A program made the translations under genes and the position numbers. From Eledone cirrhosa (taxonomy: Eukaryota): a DNA stretch of 64,000 nucleotides. Below, in pieces: positions 12,442 through 25,099 of the stretch. Numbering within the stretch: position 1 is the first letter of the stretch; each line of letters starts with the position of its first letter. The stretch lies in NCBI GenBank assembly GCA_964016885.1, contig OZ024740.1, forward strand, positions 105,896,001 to 105,960,000, given 5' to 3'. The notes under the pieces are model-generated. The model was not told the origin of the DNA, ran no database searches, and saw nothing but the letters and a program-made list of their open reading frames with translations.

Positions 12442-15400
12442 GTTTGTTTGTTTATTTATGTTCGTCTACAGTGTGATAAGGCCACACAAAAGTCACATGG
12501 GGTGACGAAACTACCGGAGACGATGAATTCACCGGTGGTTATGTAACCATACATTCGCCAATCCTGGATAAGAGTGTTTAAATGTCGAACCTAAACAGTT
12601 CGAATAACGGTGAAATGGAGACTAGAATGTCATGTGAAAGACTCTCACCCAACAGGTGCTCCCTGGCTCAGCCGCAGGGACCTGGCTGTCAACCAAATAC
12701 TGCTGGTGTCGGAGGAAGAAGAAGAAGAAGAAAAGGGACCAGAACCAACCTGACGAAAGAAATGAATAGAACTGTTATGCAATGTTACCTGAAGAGTAAC
12801 CCCAAAGGAGAAAGGCTATAGGAAAAGGATGCATAACATCTGGAACGAGATTGGTCTATTTAAATTAGATGAACAAAAATTGGCCGGGCAGGCTCGGGTA
12901 ATAAGAACTAATCGGTGGATAAGCGAGCTGGAACTGGAGGAACTGAGCAGAGAGATTAGCTTGGAGATGGAGAGTGGAGTATAACAGGCAAACGAGCCAG
13001 TGGGAAATGAAGGTGAAGAGATCGAGAGAACGGAGGAACCACCCGAAGCAGACAATGATCTGAATGCTGAGATAAATAGTACTTGGAAGAGAGATACGGC
13101 CACTGAGGAGATGAATGCTGACGGGCTAGAACAAGATTTGGTTGATATCCTAAACTTAGTGGTAGATGAATTGAACAATGATAGTGGGAAACCTATGAAC
13201 CTAAGATTTGTAGACAGGAAAAAGTTAAAAGTATCAACAGCTAAGGTAAACAAAGTCATCCCATACCTTGAGGCGAGGAGCCTTCACCAGTGCAACAATA
13301 TCCTCAAAGCAACAGCAAATACGGTGAGGAAACTACTTGGTATAAAAACGAGAGGAAACAACAGACAAGAAAGAGCAGAGCCTTGCTGGAAGAAACGACT
13401 GAGTGGTCAAATCAGGGAAGTGAGAAATGACAGTGGAAAGCTTGAGTCCCTACTGAATGGGACACTAAAAAACATATACACTACAAATAGACGGGAAATA
13501 AAGTACAAAACTAGGAGGAAAAAGCTAAATATTATCATAGAGGAACTGAAGCAACGCATTGTAGCAAAGAGTGCAAAAATCAGGCGATACGAGAACAGAG
13601 TCAATTAGTATAGACAGAACCGCATGTTCGACAACAACCAGAGGATGTTGTTTGGAAAGCTTGAAGGGAAAGAAAGAGGCAACGACTTGATCCCTGAGGC
13701 GGAACAAACTAAAACATTCTGGAGAGGAATATGGGAGCAGGATGTTAAACATAATGACTAGGCAGTGTGGATTGAGACAGTACAGAAGGAGATCAGTGAA
13801 CAGGCACACCAACAAACTGATTTGAGTATCACAGTTGAAACTCTTAAGGGGCAGGCCAAAAAACTAACCAAATGGAAATCACCAGGCCCAGATGGTGTGC
13901 AGGGGTATTGGATTAAAAATATAACATCCCTCCACCCGAAACTGACAACCATGTTCAATGACTGCTTGATGTCAGGTGAGGTACCAGAGTGGTTGACAAA
14001 AGGTACCACAGTTCTGATAATGAAAGACCGAATCAAGGGTAATGATGTTACCAACTATAGACCTATCACATGTCTGTCCGTAATGTGGAAACTGTTGACG
14101 AGCATTGTGTCTGAGGAAATCTACCATCACCTCCACACAAACAACTTGTTACCGGACGAACAGAAAGGACGCCGAAAGAAGTCACGTGGTACAAAGGACC
14201 AGTTACTTATTGATAAGATGGTAATGGGGAATTGCAGGAGGAGACACACTGATCTTGCCATGGGATGGATAGACTACAGAAAGGCATTTGACATGGTGCC
14301 TCATTCTTGGATCACCAAAAGCCTGGAGATCTTCAAGGTGGCAGATAACATCAGACAGTTGTTGGGCAAGAGTATGAGGTCCTGGGAAACAGAGTTGACA
14401 TCAACTGGAGAATCCTTGGGAAGCGTGAAGATCAAGAGAGATATCTTCCAGGGAGATAGCCTGTCCCCTCTGTTGTTTGTCCTTGCCCTGATGCCCCTGA
14501 CCAGTGTACTGCGAAAAGTGAGAGCAGGATACAGGTTGGGAAAGGGAGCCCTTACCATCAATCACCTCCACTTCATGGACGATCTTAAGCTCTTCGGGAA
14601 GAGTGAGAAGGTGTTGGATGTGCTTGTTGACACTGTCCGTATTTTCAGCAATGATATATGTATGCATTTTGGTATTAGTAACTGTGGAGTCCTTGTGATG
14701 AAGAGGGTAAATTGAGCAGAAGTAACTGAATCCAGGTACCACAGGTGGGATGATAAAGAAAATTGACATTGAAGAAGGATATAAGTATTTGGGCGTTCTG
14801 GAGGCTGATGCCATCAAGAACAAAAAAATGAAGGATTTGTTAAGAACTGAATATATTCGGAGAGTAAGGAGCGTATAAAATCACATCTGAACAGTAGGAA
14901 TGCCATAAGTGCAGTAAATACCCGAGCTGTGTCTATTATTAGGTACAATGCGGGAATTCTGAGATGGAATGTTGCTGAACAAAAAGAATTGGATAGGAAG
15001 ACTAGGAAGCTATTGACTATCTACAACATGTTCTACAAGAGGAGTGATGTCGATAGACTCTACTTAAGGAGATCTGAGGGTGGAAGAGGTTTTATCAGCA
15101 TAGAGGACTGTGTTCAGATGGAGAAAAACAACCTACACAAATACGTGACTGATAGTAAGGAGCCAATGCTCAGAACTGTACTGAAGGAGGGGACAATAGG
15201 CCAGGGGATTTCCAAGGAGGAAATAACATCAAGGAGAAAGAGCAGCTTTCAGGAAAAATCCCTTCATAGTACCTTCTTTGAGAGAACTGAATTTAGAGAT
15301 CCACAGACATGGAACTGGTTGAAAAGGGGAGACCTTAAAAAGGCTACAGAAGGAATGTTAATGGCTGCGCAGGAGCAGGCCCTCAAAACGAAGTGGTTGA

Positions 15401-16109
15401 AACACCACATTTACAAGGAGGAGGCTAGCCCACTGTGCAGGATCTGTGGAGAGAGAGAGGAGACTGTGGCTCACATTGTATCCGAGTGTAAACACCTAGC
15501 CCAGACTCATTATAAGGGCTGGAAACATGATGTGATGGGCAGGGTGATCCACTGGCACCTATGCAAAGTAAACAATTTACCACATTCTGAGAAGTGGTAT
15601 GAGCATAAGCAAGAGGCGGTGATAGAAAACGATCAGGTGAAGGTGCTGTGGGATTTTAGGATACAGACGGACAAGAAACTGGAACACAATAGACCTGACC
15701 TGGTGGTTTTGGACAAAGAAAAAAGATCGTGCCTGATTGTGGATGTGGCCTGCCCATTCGACACGAGAGTGCAAGAGAAGGAGAGGGAGAAAATTAACCG
15801 ATACCAGGACTTAAAGTGGGAGGTAAAAAGGATTTGGAACTGCCATGAATTCAAAGTGATCCCGATTGTCATAAGCGCACTAGGGACTATCTCAAAAAGT
15901 TTCCAGGGATGGTTAAAGAAAATCGGCCCCTTCACGCTTTTTGGAACGCTTCAAAAGGCATGCTTGCTGGGAACAGCAAGAACCCTCCGATACGTCCTGA
16001 ATATCTGAGGCTGCAGGTAGTGGCTTGATATTCATTTCAACAAACTTTCCAGTTAACCAACATCAATGACTGAGACTCAAAGAGTAATAACAATAATAAT
16101 AATAATAAT
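12442..16109 (+). mobile_element. Apparently full-length R4/Dong-type LINE (RT + RLE), family B, disrupted
   Basis: ORFs 12582-16008: WKSPGPDG, YRPITCL, IFQGDSLSP, FMDDLK; CRICG..ETVAHIVSEC; RPD..D..K...Y RLE; ends in (TAA)n at 16085-16109. Confidence 0.88.
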
Positions 16110-16177
16110 GATTTCTTTATTGGCCACAAGGGCTCACATCAAGGAAAACATCACAGACGGAACAGGACGGTACGATG
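16110..16177 (-). mobile_element. 68-bp 3' stub of Tx1 family B inside an (AAT)n tract
   Basis: Reverse complement matches ~47631-47700; AAT repeats on both sides. Confidence 0.85.
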
Positions 16178-17129
16178 TAATAATAATGAGGACGATTTTT
16201 TTATGTCTTCCTTACGTTTATTGAGTAGTGACGCGTGTTTGGCTATTAAGGATGAAGCTTGGGTCTGAGGGGGCTCTTACCTTTTCTGTGGTGTGCTTAC
16301 TTTGTAAACTATATATATTCTTAAAGGGTTTTTTTTTACTAGAAAAAAAGTGATTAAGGATTGTGGCTAGTGTGTGAAATGAATATGAATAAATAGATGA
16401 ATGAATACATGAAATAGTTGCTACACTAACTATATGGGCTAACTTATACACCGATACCCCCCCCCCCCCCGACACACACACTCATATACAGAGTATACGT
16501 AGCTACAGACACCCATTCACACGTATATATAAACACATGCCTGTACCCCTGCATATACACACACTCAGATATATACGTGCTCATAGGTCCAGACGTTCAT
16601 ATAACTATATCCATCTGCATGCTTGTAGCCATATATATACAGGCGTAAGTATATTTGTATGTACTAGTAATATGGCGAGATAAATATTCTAGAGGAATAT
16701 ATAATTGTAAAATAGAAAATTATTTGGATATGTATCAGAAGGTTGAAAATGTAATAGTAATAGGAAATACATGTAATAGTAATAATAACGATGATAAAAT
16801 TGGTGATACAAAGGAAAGTAATGATATTAATTGTAGTAATAATAGGATGCTTGTGGTGTATGTGGGTGGCTGGTGTGCACGGGGTATGTTCATCTGGTGA
16901 CTACATGGTGATATGTTTAATAATGAGGGACATGATAAAGAATATAATATTAACAAGAATAACAATGGTAATGAATGTAACAGTGGTAACGAGGGCGCTG
17001 ATAGAGTTAATGAGACATGATAATAATTTTGGTAGTTAATAGGATGTGAACGTGCCTATTGTTGTCTGTGTTCAGATGGTTAGGTTTTGGTCCCTCCGTG
17101 GTTTATGTCCGAATACCATGGCACAGAAT

Positions 17130-17400
17130 GTATGTTTCTTTTGTGTGTGTGTCTGCAGTATACGAAGATTTCCTATTTTAAATTAATAGCCGATTTTAAT
17201 TTAATGATCTCTGCCGATTCTGCCAGACACAACCTACAGTGGCTTCCTCCGGAGGAATGTTGGGCCACGCGTCTCCTTCAGGACCATTTGATTTGGTATT
17301 TCAGGTTTCTGTCTATGAGGACCCAGACCAAATCGGCCAGTCTGGTTTGGGAACGCTTCGGTCTACCTCTATACCAACTGGAAACTACGCATCGAGTGCT
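17130..17400 (-). pseudogene. PLE-type GIY-YIG endonuclease, C-terminal remnant
   Basis: Minus-strand translation QTRLADLVWVL...YQIKWS*...HCRLCLAE..II...IN...E...CRH parallels the ORFs at 34301 and 38079. Confidence 0.7.
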
Positions 17401-17436
17401 CACTCTGGTGAACCTACTGTAACTGGAGGTTACATT

Positions 17437-17489
<53 letters not shown>

Positions 17490-17596
17490 ACCAGTGCTTT
17501 GAGAAAACAACACTGAGCATATTAAAAATTGAAATAACAGAAGTAAGATTTATTCTATCGTTATGTTTCTCTGTTTTTTTTTCTGTTCAAATTCTA

Positions 17597-17655
17597 GCTG
17601 TCTGATGAGGTTATAGCTATTGCGTAATGGTTATTGCCGAAATATATATAACAGC
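17597..17655 (+). ncRNA. Minimal type I hammerhead ribozyme with intact core
   Basis: gctgt-CTGATGA-ggt..atagctatt gcgt aatggttat..gcc-GAAA-tatata-TA-acagc. Confidence 0.8.
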
Positions 17656-17857
17656 GGACATGGATGAACGAAGTGAATTTTAACTTGTTGATTTATACTG
17701 CTTGTTTATAAATATACTGCGGAGTAAACAGACCCACCTGCGCTCTTCGTCGAGTGCTCTGCCATGCATACTGAAGTATCGGTATTTAAGCAACACAATT
17801 TACTTACTGGTAATTGGGTAATACACAATATCAACCTTATCTTATTAAAGCAAGACT

Positions 17858-18146
17858 GGCCCGAGTGAATGGGTCTACTCTGAGTATGTATCTGTAAATT
17901 AAAGGTGGAAAACTGGGAGAGGGCACTTGCCTTCGTGGTCAGGGTCACTGTGGCCTTTTACTGGGCTTTCTCCACAAATGTCCCTCCGAAGTTTCCCCCC
18001 TATTGGGGAATTTTTCATTGGTATTTTTTTCTTAAATCCTCTGTTTTTGTTTTTTACACGCAGAAATGCCCATTTGTACCGTCCTGTATTGTTCTGCACT
18101 GTCCTTAATGTCTACTTTATGTAAACCCTTGTGGTTAAGAAAGAAA

Positions 18147-18148
<2 letters not shown>
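17858..18148 (+). mobile_element. Tx1 family A 3' stub
   Basis: Matches ~53229-53513 and the reverse complement of 6382-6670; followed by (ATT)n at 18149-18202. Confidence 0.9.
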
Positions 18149-18202
<54 letters not shown>

Positions 18203-20016
18203 TGCATTTATCTTGCTTTATGTTCATACGAGTTATCACCAAGTCACAACCAGTGACCTCAAGAGACAACAAGGTCCGCCATGTTCAAGAAAGGACATAC
18301 ATATTCAGACATGCATCCTTAGTGTTTAGACTTGTGATGTACTTATATTGACAGGATCTTCCTTAGTATATGGGCAGTTCCCATTAGTACTATCTTTTGT
18401 ATTTCTCCTATACGCGGGTTTCCTGGGATTTGCGATAAGTAGTCGTTAGACCCCTTAGGTATCATTCCCAGAGCGCCTACAACCACTGGTATTGTTTTAA
18501 TTCTCAATTTCCACATTCTTCCAATTTCTATCTCCAGGTCCTTATACTTGCTCAATTTTTCAAATGTTTTTATAGATACATTCTTGTCTATTGGAACAGA
18601 CATATCAATTAGCAGGCATACCCTCCTTTGAAAGTGCTTCAATATTATATCAGGTCTATTTGCATCTATTTTTCGGTCTGTTTGGATGCTAAAGTTCCAC
18701 AAGATTGAGATGTGATCTTTTTCAAGTATGGGAGGTGGTTGATGCTCCCACCAATTCTTTTGATGGGGCAGGTCAAAATGCTTACACATTATCCAATGTA
18801 TGTATTGTGCAGCTCTGTCATGCCTGTTTAGGTATTCGGTTGGAGCTATAGGACTGCACATTGAAATTATATGGTCAATGGTCTCTGGTTGTATTTTGCA
18901 TACACGGCATAATGGGCTGCACCCATTTTTTATTATGTTGGCTTGGTAATTTTTTCTTGGCAGACACTGATCTTGTGCGGATATAATCAGTCCTTCAGTC
19001 TCCGATTTCAGTCCAGAGGATGCCAACCACTGATGGGTTAAAGTTTTGTCAACATCAGGATTGTTAGCTCGCTCTGGGTATTTTCCATACAGAGGCTTTT
19101 CTTGCCATTTCTTAGCCAGTTTCTGTAGCAGTTCTTTCTTTGCAGTTACTTTTACCTGCTTTGCTTTTTCTGTGTTTTCCATTTCAGCAGTAAATGGGAC
19201 TTCTGAAATTTGTAGTCCATTACTGTATCTTTGTGCATCTTTTGTAATGGAATATGATCTTTTGGTGCTTTCGTGTTTCAAAACGAGTTTGATCATCCAA
19301 TCATGTGATTCCCTTAGATATGTGGATAATCCAATTGTTGCAGTTTTCAACGCAATGTCTAACTGGATTAACCCACGTCCTCCTTCTTTCCTAGGGAGAT
19401 ATATTCTATCTATGTCTGCCTTAGGGTGATGCATTCTGTGCATGGTTAAGAATTTTCGGATTTTTGTATCGAGCCTACGGATCTCTGTGCTTGACCAGTT
19501 GATGACATTGTAACTGTAGGTTACTACTGGTATGGCAAGCGTGTTTATGGCATCGATCCTATTCCTTGCATTCAATTCCGTTCTTAATATTGCTCTGACT
19601 CTGCGGTAACATTCCTTCCTTATCCTTTCCCTCATTGTCGAGTGCTCGATTCCGTCCCCTTCACAAACACCTAGATATTTGTAAGTTTTTTCTTGATCAA
19701 GTTCTCTTATCACGTTCCCTCGATCAAGATTAATGTCTGAACTCTTCAGCAGCTTTCCTCTGGTGAACGTTGCTTTGGCGCATTTATCCAGTCCAAACTC
19801 CATTTTAATGTCATCACTGAACTGCTTCACAGTGGATAATAGCCCTTGCAATTGTTCATCATTTTTTGCAAATAGTTTCAGGTCATCCATGTAGAACAGG
19901 TGATTAATGGTTTTGTCATAGACTCTATATCCATGTTTTGTTTCATTGAGCATTTTACTTAATGGTATAAGTGCGATGCAGAATAAAAGCGGTGATAAAG
20001 AGTCACCCTGAAAAAT
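18203..20016 (-). mobile_element. R4/Dong-type LINE family C, 5'-truncated (copy 1)
   Basis: ORF with FQGDSLSP, YMDD, CCHC, RHD, RPD..D..K..KY; nearly identical to 53529-55341. Confidence 0.92.
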
Positions 20017-20026
20017 AATTATTATT

Positions 20027-21622
20027 GTTCTTTGAGTCTCAGTCATTGATGTTATTTAACTGGAAAGTTTGTTGAAATGAATATCAAGCCACTACCTGCA
20101 GCCTCAGATATTCAGGACGTATCGGAGGGTTCTTGCTGTTCCCAGCAATCATGATTTTTGAAGTGTTCCAAAAAAGGGGTTGGACTAATTTTCTTTAACC
20201 ATCCTTGGAAACTCTTTGAGATAGTACCTAGTGCGCCTATGACAATCGGGACCACTTTGACTTCATGGCAGTTCCAAATCCTTTTTACCACCCACTTTAA
20301 GTCCTGGTATCGGTTAATTTTCTCCCTCTCCTTCTCTTGCACTCCCGTGTCGAATGGGCAGGCTACATCCACAATCAGGCACGATTTTTTTCCCTTGTCC
20401 AAAACCACCAGGTCAGGTCTATTGTGTTCCAGTTTCTTGTCCGTCTGTATCCTAAAATCCCATAGCACCTTCACCAGATCGTTTTCCATCACCGACTCTG
20501 GCTTATGCTCATACCACTTCTCATAATGTGGTAAATTGTTTACTTTGCATAGGGGCCAGTGGATCACCCTGCCCATCACATCATGTCTCCAGCCTTTATA
20601 GTGAGTCTGGGCTAGGTGTTTACACTCGGATACAATGTGATCCACAGTCTCCTCTCTCTCACCACAGATCCTACACAGTGGGCTAGCCTCCTCCTTGTAA
20701 ATATGGTGTTTCAGCCACTTCGTTTTGAGGGCCTGCTCTTGCGCAACCACTAGCATTCCTTCTGTAGCCTTTTTAAGGTCTCCCCTTTTCAACCAGTTCC
20801 ATGTCTGTGGATCTCTGTATTATTTTTTCTCAAAGAAGGTACTATGAAGGGATTTTTCATGAAGGTTGCTCTTCCTCCTTGTTGTTATTTCCTGCTTGGA
20901 CATCCCCTGGTCTATTGTCCTATCCTTCAGTAGAATTCTGAACATTGGCTCCCTAATATCAGTCACGTATTTGTGTAGGTTGTTTTTCTCCATCTGAACA
21001 CAGTCCTCTATGCTGATAAGACCTCTTCCACCCTCAGATCTCCTTAAGTAGAGTCTATCGACATCACTCCTCTTGTGGAACATGTTGTAGATAGTCAATA
21101 GCTTCCTAGTCTTCCTATCCAATTCTTTTTGTTCAGCAGCATTCCATCTCATAATTCCCGCACTGTACCTAATAATAGACACAGCTCGGTAATTCACTGC
21201 ACTTATGGCATTCCTACTGTTCAGATGTGACTTTAATACGCTTCTTACACTCCGAATGTACTCAGATCTTATCAATTCCTTCATTTTTTTTGTTCTTGAT
21301 GTCATCAGCCTCCAGAACACCTAAATATTTGTATCCTTCTTCAGTATCAATTTCATTTATCATCTCACCAGTTGGTACCTGGATTCCGTTGCTTCTGATC
21401 AATTTACCCCTATTCCTCACAAAGACTCCACACTTTCTAATACCAAATTGCATACATATATCATTGCTGAAAATACGGACAGTGTCAACAAGTACATCCA
21501 ACTCCTTCTCACTCTTCCCGAAGAGCTTAAGATCGTCCATGAAGAGAAGGTGATTGATGGTAAGCTCTCCCTTTCCCAACTTGTATCCTGCTCTCACTTT
21601 TCGCAGTATAATGGACAGGGGG
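20027..21622 (-). mobile_element. R4/Dong-type LINE family B, 5'-truncated (copy 2)
   Basis: ORFs 21262-21597, 20820-21320 and 20112-20792 match 14500-16080; short ATT tract at 20017-20026. Confidence 0.92.

Positions 21623-21707
<85 letters not shown>
21623..21707 (+). repeat. (ATT)n microsatellite; tail of Dong-C copy 2
   Basis: Direct read. Confidence 0.97.
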
Positions 21708-21708
<1 letters not shown>

Positions 21709-24415
21709 AGTTGCATTTATCTTGCTTTATTTTCATACGAGTTATCACCAAGTCACAACCAGTGACCTCAGAAGACAACAAGGTACGCCATGTTCAAGAA
21801 AGAACATACATACTCACACATGCATCTTTAGTGTTTAGACTTGTGATGTACTTATATTGACAGAATCTTCCTTAGTATATGGGCAGTTCCCATTAGTACT
21901 ATCTTTTGTATTTCTCCTATACGCGGGTTTCCTGGGATTTGCGATAAGTAATCGTTAGACCCCAGAGCGCCTACAACCACTGGTATTGTTTTAGTTCTCA
22001 ATTTCCACATTTTTCCAATTTCTATCTCCAGGTCCTTATACTTGCTCAATTTTTCAGATGTTTTTATAGATACATTCTTGTCTATTGGAACGGACATATC
22101 AATTAGCAGGCATGCCCTCTTTTTAAAGTCCTTCAATATTATATCATGTCTATTTGCATCTATTTTTTCGGTCTGTTTGGATGCTAAAGTTCCACAAGAT
22201 TGAGATGTGATCTTTTTCAAGTATGGGAGGTGGTTGATGCTCCCACCAATTCTTTTGAGGGGACAGGTGGAAATGCTTATACATTATCCAATGTATGTAT
22301 TGTGCAGCTCTGCCATGCCTGTTTAGGTATTCGGTTGTTTAGGTATTCACATTGAGATTATATGATCAATGGTCTCTGGTTGTTTTTTACATACACGGCA
22401 TAATGGGCTGCATCCATTTTTTATTATGTTGGCTTGGTAATTTTTTGTTGGCAGACACTGATCTTGTGCTGATATAATCAGTTCTTCAGTGTCCGATTTC
22501 AGTCCAGAGGATGCCAACCACTGTCAACATCAGGATTGTTAGCTCGTTCTGGGTATTTTCCATACAGAGGCTTTTCTTGCCATTTCTTAGCCAGTTTCTG
22601 TAGCAGTTCTTTCTTTGCAGTTACTTTTACCTGCTTTACTTTTTCTGTGTTTTCCATTTCAGCAGTAAATGGTACTTCTGAAATTTGTAGTCCATTACTG
22701 TATCATTTTGCATCTTTTGTAATGGAGTACGATCTTTTGATGCTTTCGTGTTTCAAAACGAGTTTGATCATCCAATCATGTGATTCCCTTAGATATGTAG
22801 ATAATCCAATTGTTGCAGTTTTCAACGCAATATCTAACTAGAAGAACTCACGTCCTCCTTCTTTCCTAGGGAGGTATATTCTATCTGTATCTGCCTTAGG
22901 GTGATGCATTCTGTGCATGGTTAAGAATTTTCGAATTATTGTATCGAGCCTACGGATCTCTGTGCTTGACCAGTTGATGACATTGTAACTGTAGGTTACT
23001 ACTGGTATGCCAAGCGTGTTTATGGCATCGATCCTATTCCTTGCATTCAATTCCGTTCTTAAGATTGCTCTTACTCTGCGGTAACATTCTTTCCTTATCC
23101 TTTCCCTCATTGTCGAGTGCTTGATTCCGTCTCCTTCACAAACACCTAGATATTTGTAACTTTCCTCTTGATCAAGTTCTCTTATCACATTCCCCCGATC
23201 AAGATTAATGTCTGAACTTTTCAGCAGCTTTGCTCTGTTGAACGTTGCTTTGGCGCATTTATCTTGTCCAAACTCCATTTTAATGTCATCACTGAACTCC
23301 TCCACAGTGGATAATAGCCCTTGCAATTTTTCATCATTTTTTGCAAATAGTTTCAGGTCATCCATGTAGAACAAGTGATTAATGGTTTTGTCATGGACTT
23401 TATATCCATGTTTTGTTTCATTGAGCATTTTACTTAATGGTATAAGCGCGATGCAGAATAAAAGCGGTGATAAAGAGTCAACCAGAAAAATTCCACAATT
23501 AATATTCACTTCTCCAGCTTCCAGTGATTTGTTTTCACTATTCAAAAGGAGTGTCGTTTTCCATGTGTTAATACTGAATGACAGGAACCTCCTGACAACG
23601 GGAAATATTTTGAAAATCTCTAAACATTTTTCAATCCAACTTGTGGCAAACTATCGAATGCTTTTTTTATAATCTATCCAAGCAATTGATAGATTTTTGT
23701 GTCTATTATGACAATCTTCCAGTATCATTTTGTTAACCAAAAGCTGATCCTTACAGTTATATGAGCCTCGTTTACACCCTTTCTGCTCATTGGGAAATAG
23801 GTCATTTGTTATCAGGTGGTCATATGTATATTCAGTTAGGACTGATGTTAAAATTTTATACATTGTGGTCAAGCAAGTTATCGGTCTATAATGTTTGGGA
23901 TTGTTTGTCTCATCATTCTTCGGAAGCAGGAATGTAATGCCGTTAACTAGCCATGATGGTATCTTTTCTGGCTCCTTAACTATTTCATTGTAAAGTTGGG
24001 CTAACAGCTCATGAGACTCTGTGAAGGCATTTATCCAAAAGTTTTGTATTTTGTCTTTTCCTGGGGATTTCCATTTGCTGGTTTTTCTTAGAGCCAAGCG
24101 CAACTGTTCAACTGTTATATTTTCCCATGTTTGTTCCTCAAGGTGAGCTGTATCTTTCATTTGTCTGTCTATCCATGGGGCATGTATGTTATGAACTTTT
24201 TCTTCGGCCCAGATATTTTCCCAGAATTCTTGCACTTCGTCCTTGGGTGGTTTTGATTTAGCAGTTATTGTTGACTTGCCAATTTTGTCTGTAGAAGTTT
24301 CTTTGGTTGTTTTTGAAGATATTATTGTTCTTATAGAATATAGATCGTTTTTCAAAGCGCCTTATACGAGCAGCTTTGGCCGACACTTTTTGCTTCATTA
24401 TTTCTATCAGCATGT
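21708..24415 (-). mobile_element. R4/Dong-type LINE family C, 5'-truncated and degraded (copy 2)
   Basis: ORFs 23651-24355, 22838-23545 and 21852-22220 match the ORF at 53669-56869. Confidence 0.92.
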
Positions 24416-24420
24416 GGATT

Positions 24421-24522
24421 GGTGACGGTGGATTGGCAGTATCGGTAGAGAGTCGGACACCATGTTTTGAAGCATAGAGTTACGTCCCTTTATGAACTGT
24501 GTTCAAATTCCGCCGAGGTTAT
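24421..24522 (+). mobile_element. tRNA-derived SINE, 5' fragment
   Basis: Matches the head of 57088-57280; B-box-like gttcaaattcc. Confidence 0.75.
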
Positions 24523-24745
24523 ATACTTGCCTAACTAGTCATGTTCTCTCAGGTTCTGTGAAACCCAGCTTCTCAAGATTGGTACTGAGACAGTTACTAA
24601 CACATACCAGTGCCCCAATAATTACAGCTATAAATCTGAAGGTAGAGTCAGGGTGGAGTATCTGTAGATTCTTCATTTGTTATGCATAGATGTTCTCCTA
24701 TTCGCTAATCTTTAATATTATATTAGCATCTACTGGGCAGCTGAC

Positions 24746-24746
<1 letters not shown>

Positions 24747-24776
<30 letters not shown>

Positions 24777-24846
24777 TGTATGTATGTATGTATGTATGTA
24801 TGTATGTATGTATGTATGTATGTATGTATGTATGTATGTATGTATG
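24747..24846 (+). repeat. (TATG)n microsatellite
   Basis: Direct read. Confidence 0.97.
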
Positions 24847-25095
24847 CGATCGCGAGGGGACTCAGTCCGCTGCTGTTTTAAGGCGCCGTCGTCGTCGGCG
24901 ATCGCGTCGGCGGCGGTCTCTCGTTTCGACGAGTCGACCGCCGACCGCCTCGCCGGCGTTACGATTCGCGGGGTGCCGGCATCGGACGCACTTCCCCTTC
25001 GATCCGTCGTCGCGACCCGTTCCCGTCAGGCTGGATGGCGCGCGGTGTCCGCAGGTCGCAGAGCGGCGTCCCGCCTAGAAAACGAACCGTTCCAT
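24847..25095. other. GC/CpG-rich structured insert of unknown origin (rDNA-spacer-like?)
   Basis: Sharp compositional contrast with the flanks; internal hairpin ggcggtc..ctcg tttcga cgag..gaccgcc. Confidence 0.4.
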
Positions 25096-25099
25096 ATGT

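Noticed and set aside
17858-20016. Segmental duplication with 53229-55341
   Set aside because: Tx1 and Dong parts appear unequally diverged, tract lengths differ and the flanks are unrelated; independent insertions fit better (not computed)
20017-20046. N-terminus MTETQRTIIII of the 567-aa ORF suggesting a complete gene
   Set aside because: Chance read-through from the Dong-B 3'UTR and ATT tail into a truncated Dong-C
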